NCBI RefSeq assembly: GCF_018977255.1 | Contig: NW_024704743.1 | Location: forward strand, 91,576,001 to 91,640,000 | Reading direction: 5' to 3' | Origin: Callorhinchus milii | Lineage: Eukaryota | Length of the DNA stretch: 64,000 nt | Shown here: in pieces, positions 50,381 through 63,886 of the stretch | Position numbering within the stretch: position 1 is the stretch's first letter | How the letters are laid out: each line of letters begins with the position of its first letter | The notes under the pieces: model-generated | What the model saw: the letters and a program-made list of their open reading frames with translations, nothing else | Database searches by the model: none | What the model was told of the DNA's origin: nothing | Made by a program: the position numbers and the translations under genes

Positions 50381-51404
50381 ATATTTGAACTGTTCAAATG
50401 TGTGTGGGAGTTGGAGAGAATCAGAGTGCCAATGTTCTTGTCTGTCACTATAATCTGTAATGTCAACATAGTGCGGCATTTATATAGCGCCCTCCACGCA
50501 GGTAGCGTCTCAGAGCGTATTAAGAGATGTAGTGAATGTGCTGGAAAATGCAATTAAAAGTTGATCCAATAAAATGGCGCAAACTGCTCAGTAGCTAAAT
50601 GGTGACTCCTGAGTTCTAGGTCGCTAAATTCCCCATAAAATCAATGATTGTGATCGTGACATGGGTTATAAATAAGAGAGGAAAGTTCAGAGGAGTATTG
50701 AGAAAATAGAGTGAGACATCAACTGATTAGCTGCTCTTCATTTCTTCCCCTCTGCAGAACAAACCAAATTTCAATTTCTTCTTTCATACAGTTGCAGTGA
50801 TTTGGCATTGATTCCGGCAATTGTGCCCTTTGGAGAAGGAGACCTGAGTTATACTGTTCACTTTCAATTCCTCTCAGAGAATGCTGCTCAGAGTTTTACT
50901 AACCAGCATTGAATACCAATGCTTTTATGAACATTATTAAGAAGCCAGGAGTGTGATTGGTTCTTTAATAACATTCACCATTATTATTAAAAGCTTTATA
51001 TTAGAATCACTGGACCACATATTTTTTAAAAAAGTAATTAAAAAAAGTTTTATTTTACTTAATCTCAAATCATTTGATGTTAAAACATGTTTATACAGCA
51101 GCCAATGTGGGGAAGCTTGCAAATGATTTGATGCCCCTAAAATCCGATTAGTGCTGTGCTTTCAACAATGATGCAATGAGGAAACTACACTGAATTGATA
51201 TTATCCTGCAGTATAAGTGGGTTACAAAGTTTAAAAAACTCATGAAGTACAAAAACACGCATCAATTTATTTCTATGACTTACCCTTGTACTTATTCTTC
51301 TGGATTTCCATCGGTTTGTCTCAGTTGACTTTTTTTTTTGAATTTGATATAATACAAATTCAAAATCAAGTGCAAGGATTATTTGAGGTTTGTGGAGATC
51401 TGAT

Positions 51405-51600
51405 AGTGTCCTTGCCAACAATCCCCCAAGTTTGGTCATTCACTTCTTGGCTGTATGTAGGACATTGCTGGCTGTAAACTGGCTGCTGCGTTTGCCTACA
51501 AAATACACAGTCACCACACTGTCCATTAAATCCTGTGAAGTGCCTTGAGATGTCCTACTGACATGAAAGGCGCTATATCAAATACAAGGACTATTAAGAT
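51405..51600 (+). mobile_element. Deu-domain SINE 3' half
   Basis: Body and tail. Confidence 0.75.
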
Positions 51601-52644
51601 TATTAATTAATCCGATGAGGTTCTGATGCTCTTGGCTGTGCCTCACATCAAGAGTCACTTGACATAACTGGGTTGGTATGTTGATACAGCGTTGTATATA
51701 TTTTGGGCAGCTGCGTTGGAAGGTTGCTTGAGCACCTACAAACCTCATCCCTCAATGTCAAGAAGGAGCTATACTGGAGTTTTTCTAGGCATGTGAAAGT
51801 TCAGCTTGAGAAAGAGTTCTGTCTAGTTGGTCACACACGTGTTCTAGCCATTTATCACATTCACAATTATTTGTACAGCACGTTTGAACATTCAGAGTTG
51901 TATACCCTAAAAGATAAAGTTGTAGTCCCAGCAATGAGGAGGGAGATGATCTTGCTTTGACGTAAGGGTACACCACCTTCAAACTGCTGATTCCAGTTTT
52001 TCAGACAGATGCAGTACATCAGCTCACTGCTCACTCTGCTGATATAGGTATTTTGCAACAATCCTTCCATTTTGGCACCTAGGAATTATAGCCAGTCAGA
52101 GCCTGAAATTCTACCAAGTCTTAGCTTAAGACCGTACCGTCTTAAATATTTTAAACCCGTGCATAATTGTGGAAAATTCTTCAGTTCAGTCTGAATTTGG
52201 TAGCTGGTTCTTTTATTTAAGAGAAAAAAACCCAAGATTGAATTTAAGTATCTCCAATCTTAAATTTGCAGCCTCAGACTGGGTGGAATTTCTGGCCTCC
52301 GAGGCCATGTGACCATTGTCACTGATTCAATGGAGGCTTAGTGTGGTGGACGGAGTTCTACTGCCTTTATTGGGTCTGGGAAATATTCCAGATGAGATCA
52401 GTCCCTGGGTTCTTGGATGATCTAAACAGCACAAACTGCCTGCACTTTTAACCAGAAACGTGTTATCCATTAGCTCAGAGTGGCAAATCCTTCACTGCTA
52501 CTCCTCCATTGAGGCCTTTGTGGTCTCCACTGCTTTCCAGGAAACAAAACGACATGTGCTCAAAGCAAAATTCAAATCAAATTAATATAAATCTGGACAA
52601 AACCTCCAGCAAACAAACTGCATTTCCTTACACTGCAGGAAACT

Positions 52645-53460
52645 CAAACTTCCTGCAGCTGAAGGTGGACAAGACGGAAGCCATACTCCTTGGCTCCCGT
52701 CAATATCTTCACTCCTGCGGATCTAAACTCCTAAATCTTCCTGGGCTCTCCCTCAGATTCACCAAACCAGCGCGTAATCTAGGTGTCTCATTTGACTCCC
52801 AGCTGTCCTTCCTCTCCCAAATCCAGTCCCTGACCAGAACGCCTTCTTCCACCTCTGCCACATTGCCTGCCTCCGACCTACCTTACCCCAAGTGCAGCCG
52901 AAACCCTCGTGTGTACGTTTGTCATCTCCCGCTTGAATTACTCAAATGCACTCCACCCCAGCTCCACCATTCAAAAGATCCAGCTCATTCAGAACTCTGC
53001 CACCCACATACTGACCCGGACCAAACTCCGTACCCACATCTCACCAGTTCTGGCCAGGCTCCACATCACCGAATGGATCGACTTCAAGATCCTCACATTC
53101 GTGCTCAAATCCCTTCACTCTCTGGCACCTCCCTATCTCTCCGACTTCCTCACTCCCCAATCCACCTGGCACCTCCGCTTGACTGCCACCGGCCTCCTGC
53201 TTGTACCTCACACCATCGGAGGTCGCGCTTTGAGCCATTACGCCCTGACCTCTGGGACACGCTCCCTTAATCCCTCCGCCTGGCCCACTCACTCCTTTTT
53301 TTTTCAAGTCCCACCTGAAAACCTTCCTCTTTGACTGTGCTTATGGCCACCTCCCCCACCTCCCTCCCACCGGCTCCGAGTCAGGCTCCGCCACTGTTAA
53401 GCACGCTGAGACGCTACCCTGCGTGGAGGGCGCTATATAATTGCAAGTTGTTGTTGTTGA
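52645..53460 (+). mobile_element. L2 LINE 3' fragment (same subfamily as 44200-46295)
   Basis: NFLQLKVDKTEAILLGSRQ; ISRLNYSNAL; tail GAGACGCTACCCTGCGTGGAGGGCGC. Confidence 0.93.
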
Positions 53461-53549
53461 ATGGTGATTCTCTTAGAGACTGTCTAAACTAAAACTGCAT
53501 GGTCATCAATTACGAGTTTCTTTAATCGCATACATGAATACCGGAAGGT

Positions 53550-53915
53550 ATCAGCCTGGCTCAGTTGCAATCTTGCCTCTGAATCAGAAAGTGGGTTCAA
53601 GCCCCACGTCAGGACTGTGAAATCAGAGTCCAGGTTGATACTCTAATAGAAATTTTATCTAATAGAAGGTGCTGTTTGCCTCTTCAGGTGGGCAATAAGA
53701 TCCCATGACAGTACTCAAAAGGAGAAAGGAGTTTCTCCCATTGTCATGGCCAACAATCCTCCAGAAAAGGTTGGACATTCATTTCATGGCTGTACAAATC
53801 AGCTGCCAAGTTTGCCTACAAATACACAGATACTACACATTACAGTAAATACTGTGAAGCACTTTGAGACCTCTTGATGATATGATAATGTGCTATATTA
53901 AAACTGCAAGGCTTA
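53550..53915 (+). mobile_element. Deu-domain SINE with tRNA head
   Basis: TGGCTCAGTTG…GTGGGTTCAAGCCCC…AAGATCCCATG. Confidence 0.82.
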
Positions 53916-55144
53916 TTTTTTTGTAAGTTTTGAATATATTTGGTTGTTTGGTCACATTCGGTGAAGATTCCTAACTCAGTCTGAATCAAAACAGCATGTT
54001 TCTGAGCTCTGCACCTAGATAAGACAGCAGAAAATCTTATTATTTTATAAATAAATGGATAAAGATGGAACCAGTCAGTGAAACAACTGCAGGTCATTTA
54101 AAAGCTTCTCTTGCACCTATCCTATTAAAAAAAACCTTTGAGTTGAACAAGTAGCTTGAAATATTGTTTCACATGTGTAAACCACTTTCAGCTATAATAT
54201 ATTCTTGATAACTGTCGATGTAAGTGCTGCAAAACACTATTTATTTCTGCATTCATTCAGTGCCATTCGTTTGTAGTAAGGCTGGGGTCTTAAATGATAA
54301 AACACAGCAAACTTTAACTTTTGCAATTGATGAATTTGAAACAATCATGTTGAAGAACGTGTGTCCTATTGCCCTTTTGAAATGCCAGCTCCATTTAATA
54401 TTTGATAGGCAGTACGCATGAATGGACATATGTCCTTAAAATATCTGCTGTGCAGTTGCTGAGGGCTCAACAGAATATTTTATCTTCTTCACATTGTATA
54501 TTTTCAAACTAGATTCTACCTGACTGACAATTTAGATCTCAGCTATTGTTTTTCACTGCTTGAAAAGATTGCATTGGCAGAATTATTTCTATTAACTGTG
54601 TTGTTACTGTGGTGCTCTTTGCTGGTAACTGTGAAATTCATGGGAAATGTGCATCTTTTCCTGACCCTCCTCTCCCGAGAACAGGTTAGCGGGGCGAGAA
54701 ATTAGATTTTATTCATAGCATTTTACAACACACAAATTTTGCTCAATTCTTAAATGTTGAAGCCAGTTTTCTGTAGGTTTATTTACAAATATTGTGACTT
54801 GTGCCTCATCTTGCTTAGGTGTCAGAATACATTATTGTTCCATTGTGACATGCTTCACTATGGCTCAAACTTGCTTATAACCTAGTTACATTGTGGATCC
54901 TATTCAATGAAAATGCACATAAAAGCATGTGCAGCAAAGCAAGAAGCGACATTGGCAGTGACCTAATGATCTTGAAGCCCACCAGTTTTAGCTTCTCACA
55001 CTAAAAAAAAGCCAATTCAAGGTCACTTGGACACTGTCTTTTTCATTTCTTTTCTCTTCTCAAATATTAAACCATTTTTGTAAACTTTTTTTAAGCAAAG
55101 ACACCAATGTAGTTTAACCAGTACGTTTACGGTAATTTTGAGGG

Positions 55145-57350
55145 GTTTTGGTCAGCCGGGTGTCCGACACAGGCAGAAACCTATCACCGTACTTTGGGGT
55201 ATCCAACCAACAACAACAAAGTTACATTTGTGTAGGGCCTTTCACATTGGCAGCACATCCCAAGACTCTAGGCAATCAGTGTTTTGGACCTGAGCTGGAG
55301 GTTGAGGATGGTGGAGGGCAGGGAGGGGAAGGAGTGTGACCGAAGAGGGTCTTGAGACAGGTCTTGAAGGAGACAAGGGAAGGGACGAGGCAGAGGGACT
55401 GCAGGATAGAGTTCCAGAGTATGGGGGCAGAGAGGCAGAAGGCCCGCCCACCAATGGTACGGCGGGCGAGCTGGAGGATAAGAAGCAGGCTAGAGCCTGC
55501 TGAGAGGTGGGGAGTGGGCAGGTTGATATGGGGTTAGAAGATCACAGGTGTAGGGGGGCCATGGAGGGCTTTGAATGTGAGGACCAGGATCTTGAACTGT
55601 ATCCTTTGTGTGATGGGAAGCCAGTGGAGTCGGGTGAGGATGGAGGTGATAGGGTCATGGAGCCTAGTGCGGGAGAGGGCACAGGCTGCAGAGTTCAGGA
55701 TGATCTGTAACCTATGGAGGGAGGAGTTAGGGAGGCCGTCAAGCAGGGAGTTTGGCTAGTTGAGCCTGGATGTAGAAAGGATAGTTGAGTGTCAAACAAG
55801 ATGCCAAAGTTCTGGATTGACGTAGTGAATTGCAGTGTGCATCCTTGGATGTTGATGCTGTCAGTGCCTGAGGTGAGGAGGTGCTGACAGGAGCCAATCA
55901 GGAGGTCTTGTTGACGTTCAACTGTAGAAAGTTCACTCTCATCCTGGACTTGATGTCTGACAATCATTCTGTCAGAACAGCAGTGGTCTTGGAGTCAGGG
56001 GTGGAGGCAGAGAGGTAGAGTTGGGTGTCATTCGCATACATGTGGAAATTGACCCCATGTCTGCAGATGATGTTACCAAGTGGGAGCATATAGATATTGA
56101 AGAGGAGGGGATCAAGGACAGAGCCCTGAGGAACATTGCACAAGATGGTGTGGGGGCTATAGAAAAAGCCGTTTATGGAGATGAAGTGGAGGTGGTGTGA
56201 GAAATAGGATGTGAGTCATTCAAGGACAGAACCATGAAGTTTGAGGTGAGAGGAGAGGCAGTGGAGGAGGATAGAGCGGTCAACAGTGTTGAAAGCAACA
56301 GAAAGGTCACGGAGGATAAGAAAGCAGAGCGAGCCTGGTCATAGATAGACAAAATGTCATTTGTCACTTTTGGAGGGGTTCGTGAAGGGAGTGGTGGGAG
56401 AGGAAGAAGCGAAACTGGGAAGCAATGAATCATTCCAGGAACTTATGGTGGTGATGAGAGAGGAGGGGGAGACAGATTCAATGATGTGGAGGGAGGGATG
56501 AATAGGGGCTGGGGTGTGAGGGGGAGATGGGGAGGGTGTAGTGGTCAGAAGAGTAGAGGCAGCTGAACAGATCCCCTCAACTTTGGTTTTGAGGAAGTCC
56601 AGCATCTCCTCGCAGTTGGCGTTGGGGGAAAAGGATGGGAGAGGCATGGGAGGATGGGCGGAGGAGCCGGTTGGTGATAGAGAAGAGGTTGTCTTTGGCC
56701 TCCATGATTGTCTTGGAGTAGAAGGACAATTTAGCGGAGGCGAGCGTGGAGAGGTAAGATTTGATAAGGTCTAGCCTGATCTGCCGATGGACTGTTAAGT
56801 TGGATTTGAGCCAGGTGCATTCAGAGGCACTCACCTGAGCCTTAAAGGAGTGGAGGTGGCTGGTGTTCCAGGGTGCCTTCCATGAGTAGGAGACAGTTCG
56901 GGAAGTGAGGGAGGCAAGGGCATGAAATTGTTGGAGAGGGAGTTGTTGAGGAGAGCGACTGAGGAGGATAGGTTATTGCGGGAAGAAGTCCAGAGGGGGA
57001 AGAGTCCAGATGACTCCAAGGCAGCAGAGAGGGATGGGGGGGATGTTTTTTTTCCCAAACCAGACTGAGATTTCCACATTTGTATGCCACTTACACATAG
57101 ACATTTCCCTGTATCTGGAATGTACATTCTCTCTCTCTGGAGGGATGCACCTTGTTCAACTAATTCCAGAGAGCAGTTTTGGTTGGCAAGACTGAAAGGC
57201 TTGGGAATCCCAAAGCGTGAGCAGTGGTATTGCTGGTTTCACCTAACCAGCTAAAACCACATAGCTTGCTATTGAAAGCACTGTCAGGCAAGGTTCCTGC
57301 TGCTTGTCCAGCTAGGACCACGCTACCTGTTAGGACTCTGGCTTGTAAAG
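55145..57350 (-). repeat. Repeat family X copy (55145-55207 plus 57050-57350) split by a ~1.85-kb L2
   Basis: GGTATCCAACC | L2 | CCAAACCAGACTGAG reconstitutes ATATCCAAACCAAGCTGAG seen near 25146. Confidence 0.78.
55208..57035 (-). mobile_element. L2 LINE, decayed ORF2 (RT YAND)
   Basis: KVTNDIL; TATGCGAATGAC at 56027-56038 on the minus strand; tail (TTG)n. Confidence 0.93.
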
Positions 57351-57627
57351 CGAAATGTCTTGGTGGGGTTGGGGAAGCTGGAGGAAGATATGTACTCACT
57401 ATTTCACCATGACAGTAAATTGCATTTGATCAATTTACTGAACCTAAAGCTAACAAACATCTCTCATAACTACACAAATGATAAGTCAAGAGAAAACATT
57501 CAGGAAAAAAAATTGTAACTTCTTCTATGTAATAAAACCCTGAGGAAACACAGGTATATCCTTAATTCTTCTCTTCGCAGATCATAAGAACAATAAGAAC
57601 ATAATTATCATGTATGCATTGACTTTC

Positions 57628-57641
57628 GTTACTATGGTAAC
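57628..57641. promoter_or_regulatory. RFX X-box motif
   Basis: GTTACTATGGTAAC, a near-palindromic match to GTYNCY-AT-RGNAAC, in unique sequence. Confidence 0.45.
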
Positions 57642-58074
57642 CATGGGCCTTTGCCATCAAGTAACTATATGTATTCTTTTTCCTGTAGAGCTAATAAATA
57701 GTGCATGAAATCTTTGCCGACAGAATTGCATTTAATTTATATTTATGCTTCTCATTTCTGTAACTTTCTGTTGTTTTTCTATAGAAACCGACCATGTGAG
57801 CATACAAGATTTAAATCTAATCGGTAGATTTCTAACTTCCCCAGTGAATGCAATAAATTTTGCTGCTCCACATTTCAGCATTACACATCACATCCTCAGT
57901 GTTTTTTAATTCATAATTCTAGGCCGTGTGAATAAACAATTCCTTTTGGGCCAAGTTTACCAGTAACGGATTGAAAGCTGTGCGCAAATTGTCTGCTACA
58001 TTCGCCTTCAAACTACACAGTCACTACAATTGATGGTAAATCCTGTGAAGCGTTTGAGATGTTTTGATGAGGTG

Positions 58075-58167
58075 ATAACAACAACAACAACAACAAGATT
58101 CCATTTATAAAGCGCCTTTCACGTCAGGAGGACGTCCCAAGGCGCTGCACAGTTGGGTCATGACCCG
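58075..58167 (-). mobile_element. Young L2 tail only, inserted in a Deu-SINE tail
   Basis: Closely matches 7817-7915 and 23517-23602. Confidence 0.88.
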
Positions 58168-58554
58168 GCTCTATATAAGGCTCTATATTAAACGCAAGGT
58201 GTATTATTATTTTACGAGGGAAATTAGTGCCATTTTGTAAACAGTTTGAGGTGACACGTATTCCTCCTATACCAACTCTGCCACCATTTACACATATTTT
58301 AATGTGATTATCACGTTAAACATGTTATGAAATGTCACTGGTTGTGCTCAAGTTTTAATTATTGGAAGACTCATTAATCGTATCATCCCTCCTCTCCCAA
58401 AATTGTCACAATGCTGTGCCCAGGGAAATCTCTGCCCACAATGAGGTCAGCATTTGAGTGCAGCTGGAAGAGATCAGTAACTGATTTGAGTTGGTAACAA
58501 AAATCATAATAATTTTTTCATTAAACATTAAACATAGATTTTCATTCAAATCAT

Positions 58555-58925
58555 AGAGACATCTCAAAGCACTTCATAAGATTTTATTGTGAAATTTTGT
58601 GGCTCTATATCTATAGGTAAATGTGCCAGCCCATTGGCACACATGAACAGCCTTGAAGTGAATGATCAATTTTAATTGGGGAATTGTTGGCCAGGACACT
58701 GGGAGAAACACTTCTCTTTTACAATAGAGCCGAAGGATCTTCAACATCCATCCGATTAGATTAAGCAGAAAGTGTCCTCGGTTTAACGTGTCATTCAAAA
58801 GACAGCACCTCCAACAATGTATTGGAGTGTCAACCTAGACTGTGAGCTGAAAGTCTCAACATGGGGCTTGAAGCCATAACATTCTGGCTGAGAGGTGAGA
58901 GTGTTACCAACTGAGCCAGACTCAC
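58555..58925 (-). mobile_element. Deu-domain SINE, near full length
   Basis: Head, Deu core, tail. Confidence 0.85.
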
Positions 58926-60272
58926 ACTGCACTGAACCATTGTTTCCAGCACCTCAATTTAGCAACATCCTGAAGTTCAAAGATAGATCTACAATGTTTG
59001 TTAACCAGCATGAATAGATTGTTCTTCACTGGGTAGGTTGGGGGAGGGGAAGAGGGGCATTAAGACTGGCAATAATTGATAAACATTGAAACATTATGAA
59101 TTACTCTTCATTCCATGTTATCTATGAATATAATAATTGCAAACAAAGATTTGTTGTCTTTGTATAATTTTCAGCTATTATAAATGATATGAAATAGAAG
59201 AAATAAGTTGCTATTGATGTTTCAGGGAACAATTCTAATGAAATCTGAATCCTAATAAAATTCTGATTTTTTGTTATAGTTTGGAATAAAAATACTAAAG
59301 AAATATTGAAACGCCAGATTATACAAGGTGACCCCAGTGTAACCCACCTTGCTATTTCACACATTCAGTTGCTATGCAGTCATTAATTGCTTGATTGCAT
59401 GGTTGCTGACTTTCCTGACCAGCCAGAACGCAGCAAAAGGCATCAGCCATGCAGCCTGCATACTGTGCATTAAGTGACGTCAGCATCACTTAATGGACAA
59501 GCAAATAGACTAGCTGCATATCCTGCACATCGCGAGCAAGGGGTGGGCACAGCAAGTAACCGTCAAGGTGGCTATTTTGACGTTGTACTCAGTTGTAACA
59601 CAGTATTTGTGTTTATGGCCCAAAACAGGGTGTTCTTCTCCCAGGCCAAATGGGAGGTTAAAAATAAGCCCAAGCTCCTGTTCTTCTCTACACACCCTCT
59701 GAAGCACCTTGATCCTCACCTCAAATGCAGAGTGCAGAGAGGTCCTGGACTTTGTGTCTTGAAAATAGACAACATCCACTTGGCTGCCTCCTCTTTCTCC
59801 CACATGCTCCCACCAAATCCTCCCCATGTCTTCTACAACACCCTTTTCTTCTGCTACTGCTGCTAACACTCTTCCTACACTCCTTTGCCTCCATTTCTCC
59901 CTCCTTCAACTCAACCATCATTGCCAATATGAAGCCACCATCTGCTGCATCGACCCACTCCTTACCCACTTACTGAACCTGTGCACAACCTGGTTCTATC
60001 CATAGCTGTCCTTCCTACCCCACATCCAGTTCCTGGCTAGGACTGTTTTCCTCCACCTCTGCATATTATCTGCCTCCGACTGTACCTCACATCCAATGCA
60101 GCTGTAACCCTTATCCATGCCTTATGCCAACTCCTACTTCGATTATTCCAATGCCCTCCCCACTGGTCTCCCCAACACTCATACAATCCAATTAATTAAA
60201 AACTCCGCCGCCTGTATTCTCAACTGCACAAAAGTCTGTACTATCATCGTTCCAGTCCTTGCCAAACTTCAT

Positions 60273-60518
60273 TAATAATAATAATAATCCTTGCATTTGA
60301 TATAGCGCTTTTCACGTCGGGAGGACGTCCCAAAGCGCTTCACAGAACACACTGTAAAGTGAATTGACTGTATATTTGTGGGCGAACGCGGCAGCCAATT
60401 GCGCACAGCAATGTCCCACAAATAGTCGTAGATTGAAAATGACCAATTTATTATTGTTTTTGGTTTTGGAGGGATTATTATTAGGCATGTGGAGTAAGGA
60501 AACTTGCCCAAGGTTTCG
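60273..60518 (-). mobile_element. Young tRNA-SINE, headless
   Basis: Body and tail, CpG-rich. Confidence 0.92.
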
Positions 60519-60669
60519 ATTTCAAGATCCTGACACACCCTGACACCTCCCTACCTTTCAAATTTACTTACAGCCCACTACACTACCTGTCACCTTTGCT
60601 CAGATGGCTCCAGTCTTTAGCATATTCCTAGTCCCCACCGCTCCACAGCAGCCATGCTTTCAGCCACTA

Positions 60670-60981
60670 GGAGTCCTGTAGCTCAATGGTTGGAGCACTC
60701 GATTTGCAAGCGAGACATCTGGAATTAATTCCAGGCAGGACGAAACCTTGTGCAAATTTCCTTACTCCACACGCCTAATAATAATCCCTCCAAAAAACAA
60801 AACAATAATAAATTGGTCATTTTCAATCCACGACTGTTTGTGGGCACTGTTGTGCACAATTGTCTGCCGCGTTTCACCCACAAATATACAGTCAATTCAC
60901 TTTACAGCATATTCTGTGAAGCGCTTTGAGACATCTAGAAGACATGAAAAGTGCTACATCAAATGCAAGGATTATTATTTA
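60670..60981 (+). mobile_element. Young tRNA-SINE, full length
   Basis: Complete head, body and tail. Confidence 0.92.
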
Positions 60982-61744
60982 TAGCCCCCGAAACTATGGA
61001 ACTCTGCCCAACCTTGCTGCCTCCTTATAAATCACACCTGAAGAACTTCCTCTTTACCTATGCCTACAGTTACCTACTCCCACCTCTCCCTGGCTCAGCA
61101 TTAAGCTCCGTCACTGTTAGACGCTCTGAGATGCTTTCCCACGTGAAGGGGCATATATAAATGCAAGCTGTTATTGTTACAATGGTGTTCTCCTGTAGTG
61201 ATTGGGGAAATGGGGAAGTTGGATGGTTAAAATGTTTTTCTCTATCCAAAATGTGCATTGTTAAAAAACTCATGCATAGAATGAAAATGTGAACCAAAAC
61301 CCTTGGAGGAGAAAATCCTCCACGCTTATATGCAAACCTAATATCGCAAAATCAGGCAGACACTTGTAGTTTATGTTAATTTCATTCATTAGGAAGAGCG
61401 CACTAAATGTAAAAATTAAATTTTAAATCTATGCAAATTAAATTAGTCTTTCAATCAATGAGGTGCAAATTATTCCACGAATTGTAAAACAGAGAAGTGG
61501 TGATTAGAACATTAAACCTAGGAAATGGTTATATAACTTGGCTGTTCAAATTGCTGAATCAGCAACATTTCTTAGAACCGCTTACATTTGTTGTAATTGT
61601 GTTAAATATTTAGTGTTATAATTCAAACTATATATGTTTGTTATAGGCATATTAAAGTGATTCACCAACATTCTTTGAGATGGCTTGAAGACGTGATAAG
61701 GCGGTTTATTATTATTATTCATGCAGCAGAAGCTAACGGGTCTC

Positions 61745-61966
61745 GATAAAAGAAGGGAATTTCTCCCGGTGTACTGGCCAGCAATCCCCAAATACAATTA
61801 ATCATTCACTTCATGGCCATTTGTTGGACATTGCTATGTGTAAATTGGCCCTTATGTTTGCTTCCAAAATACACAGTCACTGCACTTTATAGTAAATCTG
61901 TGAAAAGTTGTGAAACATTCACCCAATATGCAAAAGGCGCTATATCAAATAAAAGGATTATTATTA
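61745..61966 (+). mobile_element. Deu-domain SINE 3' half
   Basis: Body and tail. Confidence 0.75.
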
Positions 61967-62019
61967 AACGCGACAAAAAATTACAGTCAGGTTTGATTTC
62001 TTTGTTAAAAACAACTCAC

Positions 62020-62448
62020 ATTTGGTATAGCGTCTTTCACACAGGAGAATGTCTGAAAGCATTTGCTGTAAAGTCTAGTGACTGTATATTTATAGGAGAA
62101 CCTAAGAACAGTTTACACGCAACAATGTTCCACAAAGAGCCATCAAGGGAATTATATTTTATTCTTTCCTAGTGTCCAGGCCAATACATTGTTGTCCTGG
62201 ACACCAGGAGAGAAACTCCCTTCTGTTTTCGAGCAGTGTCATGAGATCTTTAATGTCAAAGCAGAAAAGGCAGACAGATTTGGGTTTTACATCACATCTG
62301 AAGGATGGCACCTCTGGCAATGCAGCACTCCCCAACACTGCACTGGAGTATTAGCATAGACTTGGGAGTTCAAAATCCTAAATTAGAGCTCAAACCCATA
62401 AGCTTCTGACTCAGAGGTGAGAATGCTACCAACTATGTCAGGCTGACA
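62020..62448 (-). mobile_element. Deu-domain SINE, near full length
   Basis: Head, Deu core, tail. Confidence 0.83.
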
Positions 62449-63269
62449 CGACTAAGAAATCAGTACCACTACTTTTATTTCTTAATATTTACACGCTGCT
62501 GAGGATACTGCATTGGAAAATACAATTTTTTTTGTAAATATGGGCACTCTTTATGTCAGTTTTCTGCATGTCAGTGCTGTGCATTCAATTACTTCTATCT
62601 GCGTTTGTGAAGAATAGAAACATAATATGGTATAAAAGAGCAATTATTTATCCAGATATCTCTCTACAGAACATTGCAGTCTATTCAGAATGCATTTAGG
62701 TAACTGCAGCTTCAGTGACCAGCAACTGCAGTGCACCAGAATTCACAGTTCAATTTCATTTCCTGCACAGCCTCAATGCATCATAAAGTCTACTCTGTGT
62801 TTGATTTTGACCTCGCTTCTATTTTTCTTTGTCCGGATGAATTTATCTTTTGATACAAAAGCAGTCTGCTTCCTTGTATTGCCGAAAGCATTAAGGTGAT
62901 GTAAGTTAGTTTTCATTGTAAGTGGAGGTGAAAGGGTTCAATATCATACTGATTACTATTACAGGTGAAGTTCAATCAGCTGTATATTATACTGATCACT
63001 ATTACAATGACTTTACAAACATCTCCTTCTTTGCACCATTCTTGATTTTGGAATTAAACAAATTGAATTTTTGATTTTCTCAGATCACGTTGTGGTTGAA
63101 TTCTCTTATGTTACAGACCTTAGTTGCATAATCAACATTTTGAATAAATCATGCCTTTTCCTGACATCCTAGATATCTGGTAGATATCTATTTACTGGTT
63201 AAACTGACATAATTATAATTGATGTAAGAGCTCAGGGTGTTGGAAACCAAAACCAGGATCCTGCTGAAA

Positions 63270-63525
63270 TCACTGTCTGTAATACAGACAACTCTGCCTT
63301 CAGATGAGATGTGTCTGTCTGTCTGTTCAGATGGAGGCTATAGATCACATGGCACTTTTCAAAAGAGAAAAGCGTTTTCCTTGGTGATTTGTTCATTGGG
63401 ACATTGCTGTGCTTAAATAGGCTGTTACATTCACCTACAAAATACACAGTCACTACGCTTCACAGTAAATCCTGTGAAGCACTTTGAGAGGTCCTCCCGA
63501 TGTGAAAAGCTCTATATCAACTGCA
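63270..63525 (+). mobile_element. Deu-domain SINE with internal deletions
   Basis: CTTCAGATGAGATG…GATCACATGGCAC…tail. Confidence 0.75.
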
Positions 63526-63886
63526 ATGCTATAGAGATGGCTGAAGAGGAGTTTCTTACTTAAATATGTTTTACATGCTACTGCTACTTTTTTTGTCCTT
63601 CCGCATATTTACAGTGAGATATGGTGAGCACTCTATTAATAATATCACCGCTGGTGCCTCTGCAAGTTCAGACAACCTCACAAAGTAAGTAATTGTGTTA
63701 ATTACTCAGATTGTTGTGTATTTTAATAGGACCCTGGGTGACTAACAGTAAATATGGTAGAGCTGAATTTCAACATTGGGTGAATGTAAGCTCTGCTGAA
63801 TACAGGCTGCTACTAAAACTTCATTGCAGCCTTTTCTGAATGCAAACGTTAGGCCATTAGTCATCACAATTCAAAAATTGTCAAAT

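Larger units (their letters stand above)
59700..61180 (+). mobile_element. Old L2 fragment interrupted by two SINEs
   Basis: LDYSNAL-like region near 60140, TTCAAGATCC near 60521, tail near 61120-61180. Confidence 0.75.
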
